From positions 184,078,001 through 184,142,000 of the forward strand of contig OZ024743.1 in NCBI GenBank assembly GCA_964016885.1: 64,000 nucleotides of DNA, given 5' to 3'. A program made the translations under genes and the position numbers. The notes under the pieces are model-generated. The model worked only from the letters and a program-made list of their open reading frames with translations, did not search any database and was not told the DNA's origin. Origin of the DNA: Eledone cirrhosa. Taxonomy: Eukaryota. Below are positions 27,286 to 41,257 of the stretch, one piece after another. How positions within the stretch are numbered: the stretch's first letter is position 1; the number at the start of each line of letters is the position of its first letter.

Positions 27286-28294
27286 CTAGCAGCAGTACCC
27301 AGCGTTGCCTGGGTAGGTAAAATAATATCTGCTTTGATGAAAAGGTGTTGATCTTAGCGACTGCTTCTCAATGACTCATCTATGGCCACACACAGGCCAT
27401 GCGGGGGAGGGTGGTGATGACCTCTATCACTGAGAAACGTGGGTCACTGACGAAGGGGCATGCTGAGGGAGGGAGGTAATGACCTCTAACACTAAGCCAA
27501 ATTTCCTCACACTACTTGATTGTAAACCGATGAATTCTCAAATACACAACTAAAAGCTCAGACGACGTCAGTGGCCATCGTTTTGCCTTTGACCATCTAT
27601 AAGATGTGCAATGATAGGTTCTATCGAAGTATAAAAGTCGAACCAAATAAATTGGTTTATGTGTGAGGTGGAACCGAAGTTTCGAATTTGAACGAAATCG
27701 GTTGATAAATGTGGGAGTTAGAGCCGAAAAGGCGGAAATTTGAGCGAAAAGGTGGTATTTTCGAATGTTTAAGCGGCTGACACGCCGGTCCTGAACAAAA
27801 AGTCGAAAATGTAAAGCCATTTTAAGACGTGAAATAATCAGATCTAGCGTAGTGTAAAATTTGAACAAAGTAGGTTGATTAATGTGGGAGCTAGAGCCGA
27901 AAAAGAGGAAATTTGAGTCTAAAAGTGGTATCTTTGAATATTTAAGCGGCTGATACGCCATCCCTGAACAACAAATGCAAAATATAAAGCCATTACAGGA
28001 TGTGCAATGATAAATTCTATTTAGCTTTAAAATTTGAACGAAATCGGTGGCAAAATGTGGGAGCTAGAGCCGAAAAATCTTATTTTTCGATACCTAAAAA
28101 AAGGTGACCCCCTATAGATTTTTAGCTGCAGAATGACCCCGGAATAAAAAAAAACGATATGCTGATATATAGAAAACACTCCCCGATGACTAATCTATGA
28201 GCCTGTAAAGTTTCATGAAAATCGGTCGTAAGATGTAGGCCCCTATAGGTAATACACAGACACACACACATACTTAATTTTATATATATACAGA
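27286..28294 (-). mobile_element. Non-autonomous Helitron with ~173-bp internal tandem repeats
   Basis: 5' A|TCTGTATATATATAAAA; 3' hairpin tacccagcgttgcctgggta then CTAG|T; the motif aatttgaac...gtgggag.tagagccgaaaa recurs at ~27686, ~27859 and ~28031. Confidence 0.8.
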
Positions 28295-28303
28295 TATATA
28301 TAA

Positions 28304-28389
<86 letters not shown>

Positions 28390-28417
28390 TCACATATATA
28401 CACACACACATATAAAC

Positions 28418-28449
<32 letters not shown>

Positions 28450-28620
28450 TCACATATATATCACATATACATACACACATCTATATATATATATATATAT
28501 TTATATATAGAGACTTTGAGGGCGACTGGCCGAGGTGAAAGCAGCTAGTTGGTTAGTCGTCCTCTCTGTCTCTGATTTTTCAGACTCAGGGTTTTTTACA
28601 TATTCCTTTGTTATATTCCA

Positions 28621-28678
28621 ATACCTGATGAAATCACCGGATTCATATGGAACCCGGTCATTGAAATGATCATAGTAT
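28621..28678 (+). ncRNA. Type I hammerhead ribozyme motif in a ~215-bp element between (TA)n arrays
   Basis: atac-CTGATGA-aatcaccgg...ccggtcatt-GAAA-tgatcATA-gtat; palindromic stem III ATGATCAT; predicted cut after 28674; AATAAA immediately downstream. Confidence 0.72.
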
Positions 28679-28718
28679 AATAAACCTTTCAAGGATTTAC
28701 ACCAGTCCAGCCTCCTGT

Positions 28719-28760
<42 letters not shown>

Positions 28761-28762
28761 AC

Positions 28763-29177
28763 TGTAAACTGAGTTTTTCGAATATTAATAATAATATTCG
28801 ATTCATTTGCAATCATGCAAACAAGCCTCATCTTTAAAGCCATGTCAGTAGAATGAGTCCCTCATTCTTGCTCTTGTGTTGGCATTGTAAACAGAACTAC
28901 ATACCCTAATGTTTCTGGGTATTACCCTTCATCAGTACAGTTCACTGTTCACCTGCCAACTGTCAAAGCTAGTAAAAATATATGATATATTCTAAAATAT
29001 GCAGTGACTGATCGGCCTGATTTGCATATTAGCAGACTGGCCGATCAGTTAGATCTGCATATTAGCAGATCCACTGATCTGGCTTGGCTCCTGACATGGC
29101 TTTAAAAATGAGGCTTCTTTGTATAATTGCAAATGAATCGAATATTATTATTAATATTCCAAAAACTCAGATTTACA
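28763..29177 (-). mobile_element. Small fold-back element with a hammerhead
   Basis: ~87-bp inverted arms 28763-28848 and 29091-29177; hammerhead between them; collinear relative at ~20120-20271. Confidence 0.75.
28894..28943 (-). ncRNA. Type I hammerhead ribozyme motif
   Basis: Minus strand: gaactgta-CTGATGA-a-gggt(aat)accc-a-GAAA-cattaggGTA-tgtagttc; 8-bp stem I with two G-U pairs. Confidence 0.68.
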
Positions 29178-29546
29178 TTTATTGTATTCAGCCAGGTAGA
29201 GCAAATTTTTTTTATTTATATATATATATCACATATACATACACACATCTATCTATTTATCTCTCTATATATATATACCGGATAGAACCGGTTACAACCG
29301 GATGGACCTCTTTGGCGGGTTACTGAAACAGCGCTTCTGTCGTGCCAGGCACGGTTAACAGACAATACAGGACAAACACGTGTTCTTAGACGCAGCGCAT
29401 ACGTTTTTTAATCAGAAGATTTTAATCGTTCGCTCGCCCCATTATTTTATCTCTCCTCTCTTTGCGAATGAAGGAGCAGGTCGCTGGGTGGGCGAGATTA
29501 TGACCCATCTGCTACTGCATGTCTGCGATGAGCATCAGCAACTTAC

Positions 29547-29897
29547 CCAACCCGTCGTGAAACACAGGTCGAAGAGACTCAGTCGCCGGCGGTGTCGAAG
29601 AAGCGTCAGCGGTGTTTTCCACCATGCTCTGACGTCGGCTTTTCGAAGCATTGTTCCCCGGTCGGGTGTACGCGTCGTGTGGCGTCGTCTTCGTTGTCAG
29701 CGCGGCACGCACCGACTCAAGTATAGCAGGCGGCCGGGAATCCGAAAGATGGCGATCCACGCCCGGTCAGTGGAACGAAGCAAGAGGAAACAATAGTGAA
29801 AGTCCGAGGTGCCTCTGACGTGCAAACAGATTGTCGGGACTGGGTGTAGGGGTGAAAGACCAATCGAGCCGTCTAGTAGATTGTTCTCTCTGAAGTC
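29547..29897 (+). pseudogene. 28S rRNA fragment (region around expansion segment D3), degenerate
   Basis: acccgtcgtgaaacac, ccgaaagatgg, ctgacgtgcaaa and taggggtgaaagaccaatcgagccgtctagtag match conserved LSU blocks (ACCCGTCTTGAAACAC; CCGAAAGATGG; CTGACGTGCAAAT; TAGGGGCGAAAGACTAATCGAACCATCTAGTAG) in the correct order. Confidence 0.9.
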
Positions 29898-30452
29898 TGA
29901 TGAAGGGAAAATGTTTATCTCTTGTTTGTGTTCCCTTTTCTAACACTCGTTATAAGTAACCACGCAGTCTCGTCCCTCTCAATTTATATATATATCTTGA
30001 GAATGAACACGTAACAGCGCCGCAGTGTGTGCTACTACAGTCACTTACGGTGACGCCTCACACCGAGTTCTAGGCACGGAATGGAAACCTGTTGATAACG
30101 TGAATCCGCGTTTCGGTCTACAAATGCCACAAACTTGCATATTGCCCAAGTCGGATTGTTGATTTTCGATTCACAGAAACCAATCGAAGATATTGTATAA
30201 TATCCTTCGATACAGTTCAGGGTTGTTATTTAACCTGACTGTATTTTTGTTGTTGTGGTGGCTTCTGTGGCTTTATCCCCTTAACTACAGTTTCAATTTG
30301 TCACGCTATTTAAAGTATGTTTATTACTCTAAGCTGTAACTTATCGATTTATCGATATCTCCTTATTGAGTGCTTCGTGCAAAGCTCCGAATATTGTTTT
30401 CTTTCGTGGATGCTGGCCGACCGCCGCAGATTCGATTTTAATAACTTCCACT

Positions 30453-30530
<78 letters not shown>

Positions 30531-30548
30531 CACACACACACATACATA

Positions 30549-31030
30549 TGTAGTGAAATCTGCCCACACCTTGACTCCTAGGTGACATTTAACGGTCATT
30601 TTGAGGGTTACTTCCCTTTGGGCGTTAACAAGTCTGTGCGTGGGCGATCTCTCGAGGTCTCCCCTGTGGTTCTCAAGGCAGGGAACAGAGGAAGCGACAG
30701 ATATAAATAGCCTATCTTAGACCAAACAAAAGTTCAGTTCGGAGCAGTTCCTGATAGAGTAACGATGTAAAATATTTGCTTTCTACAGACCCCTTGGGGT
30801 CTACAGACTCTTACTCTCTCTCATTCTCCCTTTCACTCAATCTCTATCTTTTGGTTTCTCTCTTAACCAAGCCAGTGAAGTTCATGCAGTTTTCTTGGTA
30901 AATACAATTTAATTCTTTTACAAACAAACAAATAGTGTACATAATTCTTGTCTGTTTTTCGTATAGGCGTGAGTTATTTTCAATAAATTAATAATATAGC
31001 GGTTTGGTGTCATCGTGGTTCGTTTATATA
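30549..31030 (+). mobile_element. Possible solo LTR
   Basis: Begins TGTAGTG after a microsatellite, has TATAAATAG and a downstream AATAAA; no clear CA end or TSD. Confidence 0.3.
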
Positions 31031-31845
31031 TATTCATTTTCTGCGTGATCAAGGAACTATCATATCATCATCATCTTATTGAACACTTACTCACTTACCT
31101 GCACACATGCAACCTCTGGTCACACTGTAGCACACAACAGTGACCACACAACACAGCAAGCTACAAGTGAGCACGCACGAAACAAACGAATCAACACCAC
31201 AACACAATCCACTACCAACATCGACCAACAAACAATCACTATACATACATTGGTCTGATAATGAAATTGACCTCATAAATGCATGGTTTGTCTCTCCCAA
31301 ACTAAAAATATAGACGCTTCATGTCTGAATAATATTGCTGAAAAAACAGCTCAGATATTCAACACGCAGTCTGTGAAGTAGATACGAAGCAAACTTAAAC
31401 ATATCGAGGCCTCTTTCAAATTAACTCAAGAGTAACTTTGAAAAATTTCATTATATTTTTTCTTCAAATATTGGTCAAATGCATCATCAACAACAACAGT
31501 CACAAAATCAACACGAACAAGAACAACTACACAATCAAGAACAGCAATTAGAAGAGCTACGGCAACATAAACAATAACAACAGCAACAACAAAAACAACA
31601 ACAACAGGAAGAACCATTCCTAAATTTCAGCACAATATGGGATTTACTCAATGAGAGTATCTCATTACCACTTTCTCATTCACCACTTTCACCCCAGCAA
31701 CCACCACAATTATCATCATAATCATAGTTGTCATCGTCACCTCAACCACCACCGACTTCTACCACCTCAACTACTAATAATAAACCTCACCTAAAGGACA
31801 GCACCCCCCACCCCCCAGTTTGCTTAAGGAGTTCTCTTAATTTGG

Positions 31846-32515
31846 ATGTGATAATCCCAATTTTCAAAAAGGGAGACAAGAGGGATTGTTCCAATGACAG
31901 AGGGATCTCCTTGTTAAGCCTCTCCGGTAAAGTCTATGCTAAGTGTCTAGCAAAGAAAAGCAGGGAGATTGTCGAGTCCAAGCTAGCTGATGAACAGTGT
32001 GGTTTTAGCCCCGGACGCAGCACAGCCAACTAAGATATTCACACTGCAGCAGGTATTTGAGAAATCGTGGGAGTATTGCCATGAAGTATATTCTTGTTTT
32101 GTCGACCTTGAAAAGGCATATGACAGCGTTCCTCGGGACCTGCTGTGGAAGGTTGTGCAGGAGTATGGGATTGATGGTCAGCTTCTTGCTGCCCTATGTC
32201 TCTATACGATTGCCTGAGTATCTGTGTTAGGATAAATGGTGCTCAATCGAAACCATTCAATGTGGAGTCAGACTCCGTCAAGGGTGCTTACTGTCACTTC
32301 TGCTGTTCAGTACTTACATGAACAGACTTGACATGCGCAGAGTTTTAATAATGACTGGCGTGTGTAAAATCAGTCGGCTGGAATTTGCAGACGACATGGT
32401 GTTACTTAACTCGACAGAAGATGATCTTCGATTTGCACTTGATAGGTTTGATGCCGAGTGTTGCATGGCTGAAATGAAAATCAGTGCTGCAAAAACTGAA
32501 ACACTCATCTTAATA
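31846..32515 (+). mobile_element. RTE-clade (Rex3/Expander-like) RT fragment
   Basis: IIPIFKKGD, RGISLLS, EQCGF, FVDLEKAYDSVPR, RQGCLLS, EFADD. Confidence 0.85.
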
Positions 32516-32520
32516 TTGAT

Positions 32521-35400
<2,880 letters not shown>

Positions 35401-35439
35401 AGGAAAGGCTTTGCACAGAGCCAAATCCAACTCTCTGAA

Positions 35440-36220
35440 CATTGAATGTATTTACCCAAAAAGTAGAACTGGTCTACAATGTCATAAGCAGCTGTCCAAA
35501 GATGTCATCATGGCACTATCTACCTATGAGGCATGATGTAGTGACCAAAACACTATACAATGCAATCCGTAAAAAAGATAACCCCGACAATAAACACATT
35601 AAAAGCTACAGAAATGTGGAAGACTTGCATAAATAATATGAAAGAGTATTCGTAGAATGTTCCAGTCAAAACCACAATGAAATGCAAACATAACAGACCA
35701 GATATAATGATATGAGACAGGGAAATGAAGGCATGCTCAGTAGTGGAAGTTAGCTGCCCAGCAGATGCCAATATAATATTAAAGATTAGCAAAAAGGAGA
35801 ATATCTAAGCAGAACTAATGAGGAATCTGCAGATACTCCACCCTAACTACACTTTCAGATTTATACCTATGATTATTGGGGCACTGGGATACGTTAGTGA
35901 CTGCCTCAGTACAAATCTTGAGAAGTTGGGCTTCACAGAATCAGAAAGAACATAACTAGTTAGGAAATTGCAAGTACAATCCATTAATGGAACAGTAAAA
36001 ATATGTAAAACATTCCAAAAATTCTCCTTATAATAACTGCATGTACAGATACAAAACATGCACATGCACACATAACTCAAAAAATACACATCCACACATA
36101 CAATAACATCCAAACCTGCACACACACACACGCAAGCATGCAGACATGCATACATGTCTACCCAGTTGATGTTTAAATTCCAATGAAAGAGCCTTGTATT
36201 TATGTTAGAAACCGACTCTC
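35440..36220 (+). mobile_element. 3' fragment of an RLE-type (R4/Dong-like) LINE
   Basis: VISSCP...RHD, HNRPDI, VVEVSCP, IPMIIGALG in broken frames, followed by a 3' UTR. Confidence 0.75.
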
Positions 36221-36244
36221 TCTCTCTATATATATATATATATA

Positions 36245-36900
36245 CTAGCTGGCCCGTCCGGCTGGCGTCGGACTAGGTATACCTGTCCCCACCACTCCAC
36301 TACAAAGATACCATACACCCGCCCGTGTCACATTGTCCTTCTGACTCTCTCTCGTTAAAGCAGTTAAATTATAGAGAGGGGGAATGATCTATTATAGAAA
36401 GAGGGAAGAGCGACGGAGAGAGTCGACGGCTAATTCGTCCAGAATTAGCCGTCGAAACGACTTGAGCTCTGCCGTCGGGGTCGAGGTGTGTAGGATACAT
36501 ACATACATAATACATACATACGACGATCAGCTCTGTCTCTCTCTCTCTCTCTCTGAATAACTAACACTTTAATTGTATCTCTCTCTGTCTAACAGCCTAT
36601 CTCTCTCTGTAGATGTGTGTGTGTGTAGTTTTCCTAATCTTTCTCTAAATCTCTCTCTCTCTCTCTTTCTCTCTTTCTCTCTCTATGTGAAGGGAGATAC
36701 GGAAACTAAAACAGTGTTGTCATATAAAGAGTGAAGAGCGACAGAGAGAGTAAAGCAGTTAAATTATAGAGAGGGGGGAATGATCTATTATAGAGAGAGG
36801 GAAGAGCGACGGAGAGAGTAAAGCTAAGAAACTATAGGGAGGTGTGTAGGATACATACATACATAATACATATACACGACGCTCAGCTTTATAATATTAT
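36245..36900 (-). mobile_element. Non-autonomous Helitron-like element with an internal duplication
   Basis: CTAG|T end with hairpin gtccggctggcgtcggac; direct repeats 36356-36421/36751-36818 and 36483-36531/36839-36888; (TA)n flanks. Confidence 0.65.
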
Positions 36901-37309
36901 ATATATATTGGTAAACATTTATACAATTATAAAACCAGAACATATATACATGTATATCTATATTATATAACTAGGAAGGTCATTTGTATTAACTAGAATG
37001 TAAGCAAACACATATCAATTTTACAGTCAGGGAAAGCAATTGTGAGAATTATAGCAAAATACATTTAAATGCTGTCCGGGTCAGGAAGGTCACGTTGCTC
37101 CACTCCTTTTCAAGAGCAAATGGAGACGAGAGTTTATAGAAATTTAGGAGAGAAAAAAAGAAAGAAAGAAAATAAAAAAGAAAGAAAAGAAAGAAAGAAA
37201 ATAAAAAAGAAAGAAAAGAAAGAAACATAAGGAAAGAAAGAAAGTAAAATAGTTAGAAATAAAGAAAGAGTGTGTAAAAATGGTAGAATGTGGTAAATAA
37301 GTATTTTAC

Positions 37310-37429
37310 CTGAACATTTGTCTTTGCTTGTTTCATAGTAACCCAGTTGGCATTGACAACTGTATGAGCCGTCTTTATTGATACAATCAGAATGTTGGGG
37401 ACACACGTCTTCTTGACACTCATCAATAT
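37310..37429 (-). CDS. Host gene exon H: calcium-binding EGF module DIDECQEDVCPQHSDCINKDGSYSCQCQLGYYETSKDKCS
   Basis: cbEGF consensus; tttgtag acceptor, CAG|gtaaaa donor; 120 nt, phase 1 to 1. It ends in a donor, so the gene continues further left. Confidence 0.93.
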
Positions 37430-38583
37430 CTACAAAATAGAACATAAAAAAAACGACGTTAAGGAAAATGTTTTTATAATTGCTACATAGGCACATGCAT
37501 GAATGAGTGGTTAACCGTTTTGATACCAAATCACCCCTTGTTTCTGCGAAACAAAGCTGTTTGTTTTACAGTTTTTATGTTTATGTAAAAACTTTCCGTC
37601 GTAAATTTATGTAAGAACATTTGTTAAGTTATGTTCCCGACACCAGCTTAACCATTTTGATACCAAAACTGTTTTAAAGTGTTTATCGTCATTACCGTTT
37701 TACATCTATGTTTCCATGCTTGCATAGGTTGGACGGGTTGTCACGCTTAACCGTCTTAATACCAAACCACTCCCAGTTCTACGGTACAAAACTGTTTGTT
37801 TAATGTAGTGTCTTGTTTATTTCTTTAAATTATATCCGTAGTTGTACTTCGAATTTATTGACTAGGGAGTTGAAACAAGATACTAACAATTATGCTAACA
37901 ACTATAATGTAGCAGTGTGAAAGAAGATAAAGTTGTATACCGCCGTTTAGCTAAAGCATGATATATAGGCAAAAAACAAGAGCACACTTGAAACACGTGA
38001 TTGTGATGACTATCAGTTGTTAAATAATTAAACAATTACACAGCATTTGTTAGATATTTGTGAAATACCGGTTCAATACACGTTATATCTATCTAAAAAC
38101 ATTCCATAATAACTTGATGTAAGAATCTTTAAGTTATGCTGCAAACAGCAGCTTATCAATATAATGAGAAAGTTAGTTATATTACTAAATCGCTCCAAAT
38201 TCTTGAATATGTTTTAAACGATTTGAAAATCAAAGGCAATGTCTTTTCTTAGAAGTATGGTAATGGAAAGATTAAGAAGTTTGCCTCGCAATCACGTGAT
38301 TTCAGATTCACTCTAAATTGTTACTCATTCATATACTCATGATACTTATGTTTTTGTTTAACTCCAAGTCAACATTGAGTAGAACAGTGACCAAAAAGTA
38401 TTCCTATTGTAGCCATCCTGCTTTTTTTTATATACACTGTCTCCTTTCCTTAAGTATGCATTTTCGGATGATTTGACTGTTATTTCTAATATGTCAAGCG
38501 AATGCATTAAGCTCACTTATTGATTCTTGGTATTCATGTAGTGTGTCGAGGTCAAGACAATTTAGAAGAGTAAAGGTCTTTAC

Positions 38584-38657
<74 letters not shown>

Positions 38658-38683
38658 TGTGCATGTATATTATTTGTACTCAC

Positions 38684-38806
38684 CAGTACAAGTGTTTTCA
38701 ATATCTTCGTAACCAGAGATACATTTACAAAGAAACGATCCCCCCGTATTGATACAGGTTGATATTGCAGAGCAGTTATGTTGATCTGTTGCACACTCAT
38801 CAACAT
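38684..38806 (-). CDS. Host gene exon G: calcium-binding EGF module DVDECATDQHNCSAISTCINTGGSFLCKCISGYEDIENTCT
   Basis: cbEGF consensus with six Cys; ttaag acceptor, gtgagt donor; 123 nt, phase 1 to 1. Confidence 0.93.
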
Positions 38807-38861
38807 CTTAATAAAAGAAAGAAAAAATTAACAACAACAATAAAAAAATGTCTACTATAGA

Positions 38862-39059
38862 CACAAGGTTAGCAATTTAGGAGGAGGGGAAAGTCGATTA
38901 AATCGACCCAGTGTATTACTGGTGCTTTATTTATCGACCCCATAAGGATGAAAGGCAAAGCTCACCTCGACGGAATTTGAACTCAGAACGTAAAGGGCCG
39001 TAACTCTATGTCCAACACTCTGTGTCCAACGCTCTACCGATACTGCCAATCCACCATCT
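38862..39059 (-). mobile_element. tRNA-derived SINE (Meta-domain-like central block), representative copy
   Basis: Minus-strand B box gagttcaaattcc then gcctttcatcct...gggtcgataaa. Further copies at ~39620-39714 plus 41146-41257, 43862-44048, 44155-44640, 45885-45990, 46940-47130, 47155-47362 and 55310-55470. Confidence 0.85.
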
Positions 39060-39714
39060 AAACTATAATAAAGGAAGGCCTGCGGAACTGCGTGCGTTTT
39101 TTTTTTTTTATCCCGTTAGTAAAATAAGTTGGATTACTTTGAATAAATAATGAATGAATATTATATAATTTATCTACTAAATTTCGTAAACAAAAATAAT
39201 TTCATAAAAATAAATAATTTAAAATTGACTTCTTTTCAAAGTTGCACTTCCGGTATATCGTTGCCACCACCACCACCACTTCAACTACCATATATATAGA
39301 AAGAGAGAGCGTGTGATGGTAACACTTCCGGTGGCGATCACTTAAATAAACATACTCATTTTCTGTCACTAATTTTCTCCTAATGCAGTTTATATATAAT
39401 ATCGTCTTTTTTTAATGTATCATGGATTGCGTTACTGATTAAATAAGACAGTGTAACAACGTCTTCGTTCAATTTCTGTTTATATTGTCAATTACGATTT
39501 TATTTGATGTATCATATCTGCATGTATATATACTTGCGTATAATATTAATATACACACTACACATGCTAGCAGAAAACCACCCGAAGGGTGGTTTTTCTG
39601 CTAGTCTTAATAATAATTGTTTCTACTTTAGGCACAAGGCCAGCAATTTGAAGGGGAGGGAGGAGAGTCGATTAAATCGACCCAAGTACTTACTTGTGCT
39701 TTATTTTATCGACC

Positions 39715-41145
39715 CCCTAACGGCTACACACCATGTCCCGATGTTCTGGGTCAGGGAGGGGCAGGGCTTTTATTTCTGGTGTTGTTACAAGTATTGTTGA
39801 TTCTGGCATGATGGGTGGTGGTGGTACTCCTGCTATTGCTATTGTTGCTGTCACGGGGAGGTGGGGGCCATCTACATAATCTATTATGTCTGAAATGGCT
39901 TCTATGTTGTCTTGGTTGGTTTGGATAAGAGGATCCATCCTAGACCCTGACCAGTTTTCACTTTTTATTTTCTTCTCTTCGATAGTTTGTGTGCTCTCCT
40001 TAACGTCAACGAGGACCGCTGCCACTAACCAAGGAATAGCTATTGTTGGCGGCACCTGGGTTACTCTTATTTTTACAAGTCTATGGCCGCATATGTTGGC
40101 AGTAGAGTGATTTCTTCGCTCCTGAGTGATGTGAGGGAGTGTTGTCTCGCTTCCTCTGGTGTCTCACAGAGTACGTCCACCGTCTCCTGCTTTCGGGCAA
40201 TATGAGTTTTGCGTTCCCATTCGTAACCCAAAGCCTTTTGGATCTGGGACTTAGCAGCTTGCTCCACCCGGCCTGACTTCACTCCAATTGTACAGTATGT
40301 TACTGTACAGCGTTACACGTTTTCCAACACGTCGAGTGGAGGTGTGAGACTAATTCTGTGACCCCCTTTTTAACATTTGTTTGGCCTCTTAATTCATTTT
40401 CGTTCACTGTTATAGTTTCTGTTTTTCTCATTGCTCCTGCGAAAGAAACGACTGTTTAGGTGGGATTCTTCTGTGTTGTGTTGGGAGAGGTCTCACATGG
40501 GGTGCATTTTTGTTGTTGTTATTCTAACTGTTACTATTATTATTGTTTTTCATGTTGTTGTTGCCATTTGAGATGTAATTGTGTCTGTGTTACTGTTATT
40601 TTTGTTGTTTGCTTCTGTTATGTTTGTTGTTGCAGTGGTGGTGTTCTTGTTAGTATTATTGTTGATTTTTGTCATTATTTTAAAATAAAGTACCAGTAAT
40701 GCACTGGTTAATTGCTGGCCTTGAGCCAAAAATAGAAACAATTATTTTCTGTTGTTGCTCCTGTGATGGTGTCGGTGCCATTGAAATTTTAACAGCAGAA
40801 AATTTGTTTCACACTGTGTTGCTGTTGTTGCTGTTGTTGTTGCAGCTGGCAACGGTCGCTTTGATGTCTGTAGTGGTGGTTATGGCAACACTGGTAACGT
40901 TAGGTGGAGGGGGGGGGGGCCCTTGTCTCGATCTTTTAGTACATGTTACGTTACCGCTGATTCAAAGTCAGGTGTTGTGTTTCCTCCATGTTTTTTTTTG
41001 GGGGGGGGGGGGGGGTTGCTTCTAGGCGCTAAAGCTCAAATATTAAAGGGTCTCCCTTCTTGAAGGCAAAGACCTATATCTTATGCTCCCATTGAAACAA
41101 AAATAATTTAACAAATATTGGTTTAAACAATTTAAAACAATAATG
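39715..41145 (-). mobile_element. Tx1-type 5'UTR plus ORF1-only remnant inserted in a SINE
   Basis: Homologous to ORF1 at 500-1050 (ENWSGSRMD, NIEAISDIID); bounded by a 19-bp direct repeat gtgctttattttatcgacc at 39696-39714 and 41146-41164. Confidence 0.75.
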
Positions 41146-41257
41146 GTGCTTTATTTTATCGACCTCGTAAGGATGAAAGACAAAGTTAACCCCGGCGGAT
41201 TTGAACTCAAAACGTAAAGGGCCATAAATCTATGCTGCAAAGCATGGTGTCTGACAC

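Noticed and set aside
30355-30400. ttattgagtgcttcgtgcaaagctccgaat, faint hammerhead resemblance
   Set aside because: Both core segments are broken; not distinguishable from chance.
31099-31237. Strong minus-strand donor (CAG|gtaagt) suggesting another host exon
   Set aside because: From the nearest plausible acceptor, the phase-1 frame hits a TGA before the donor and shows no EGF or TM pattern.
37505-38275. Recurrent ttaacc.ttttgataccaaa motif, possibly piggyBac-type ends (also ~49078)
   Set aside because: Matching right ends and TTAA duplications could not be fixed with confidence.
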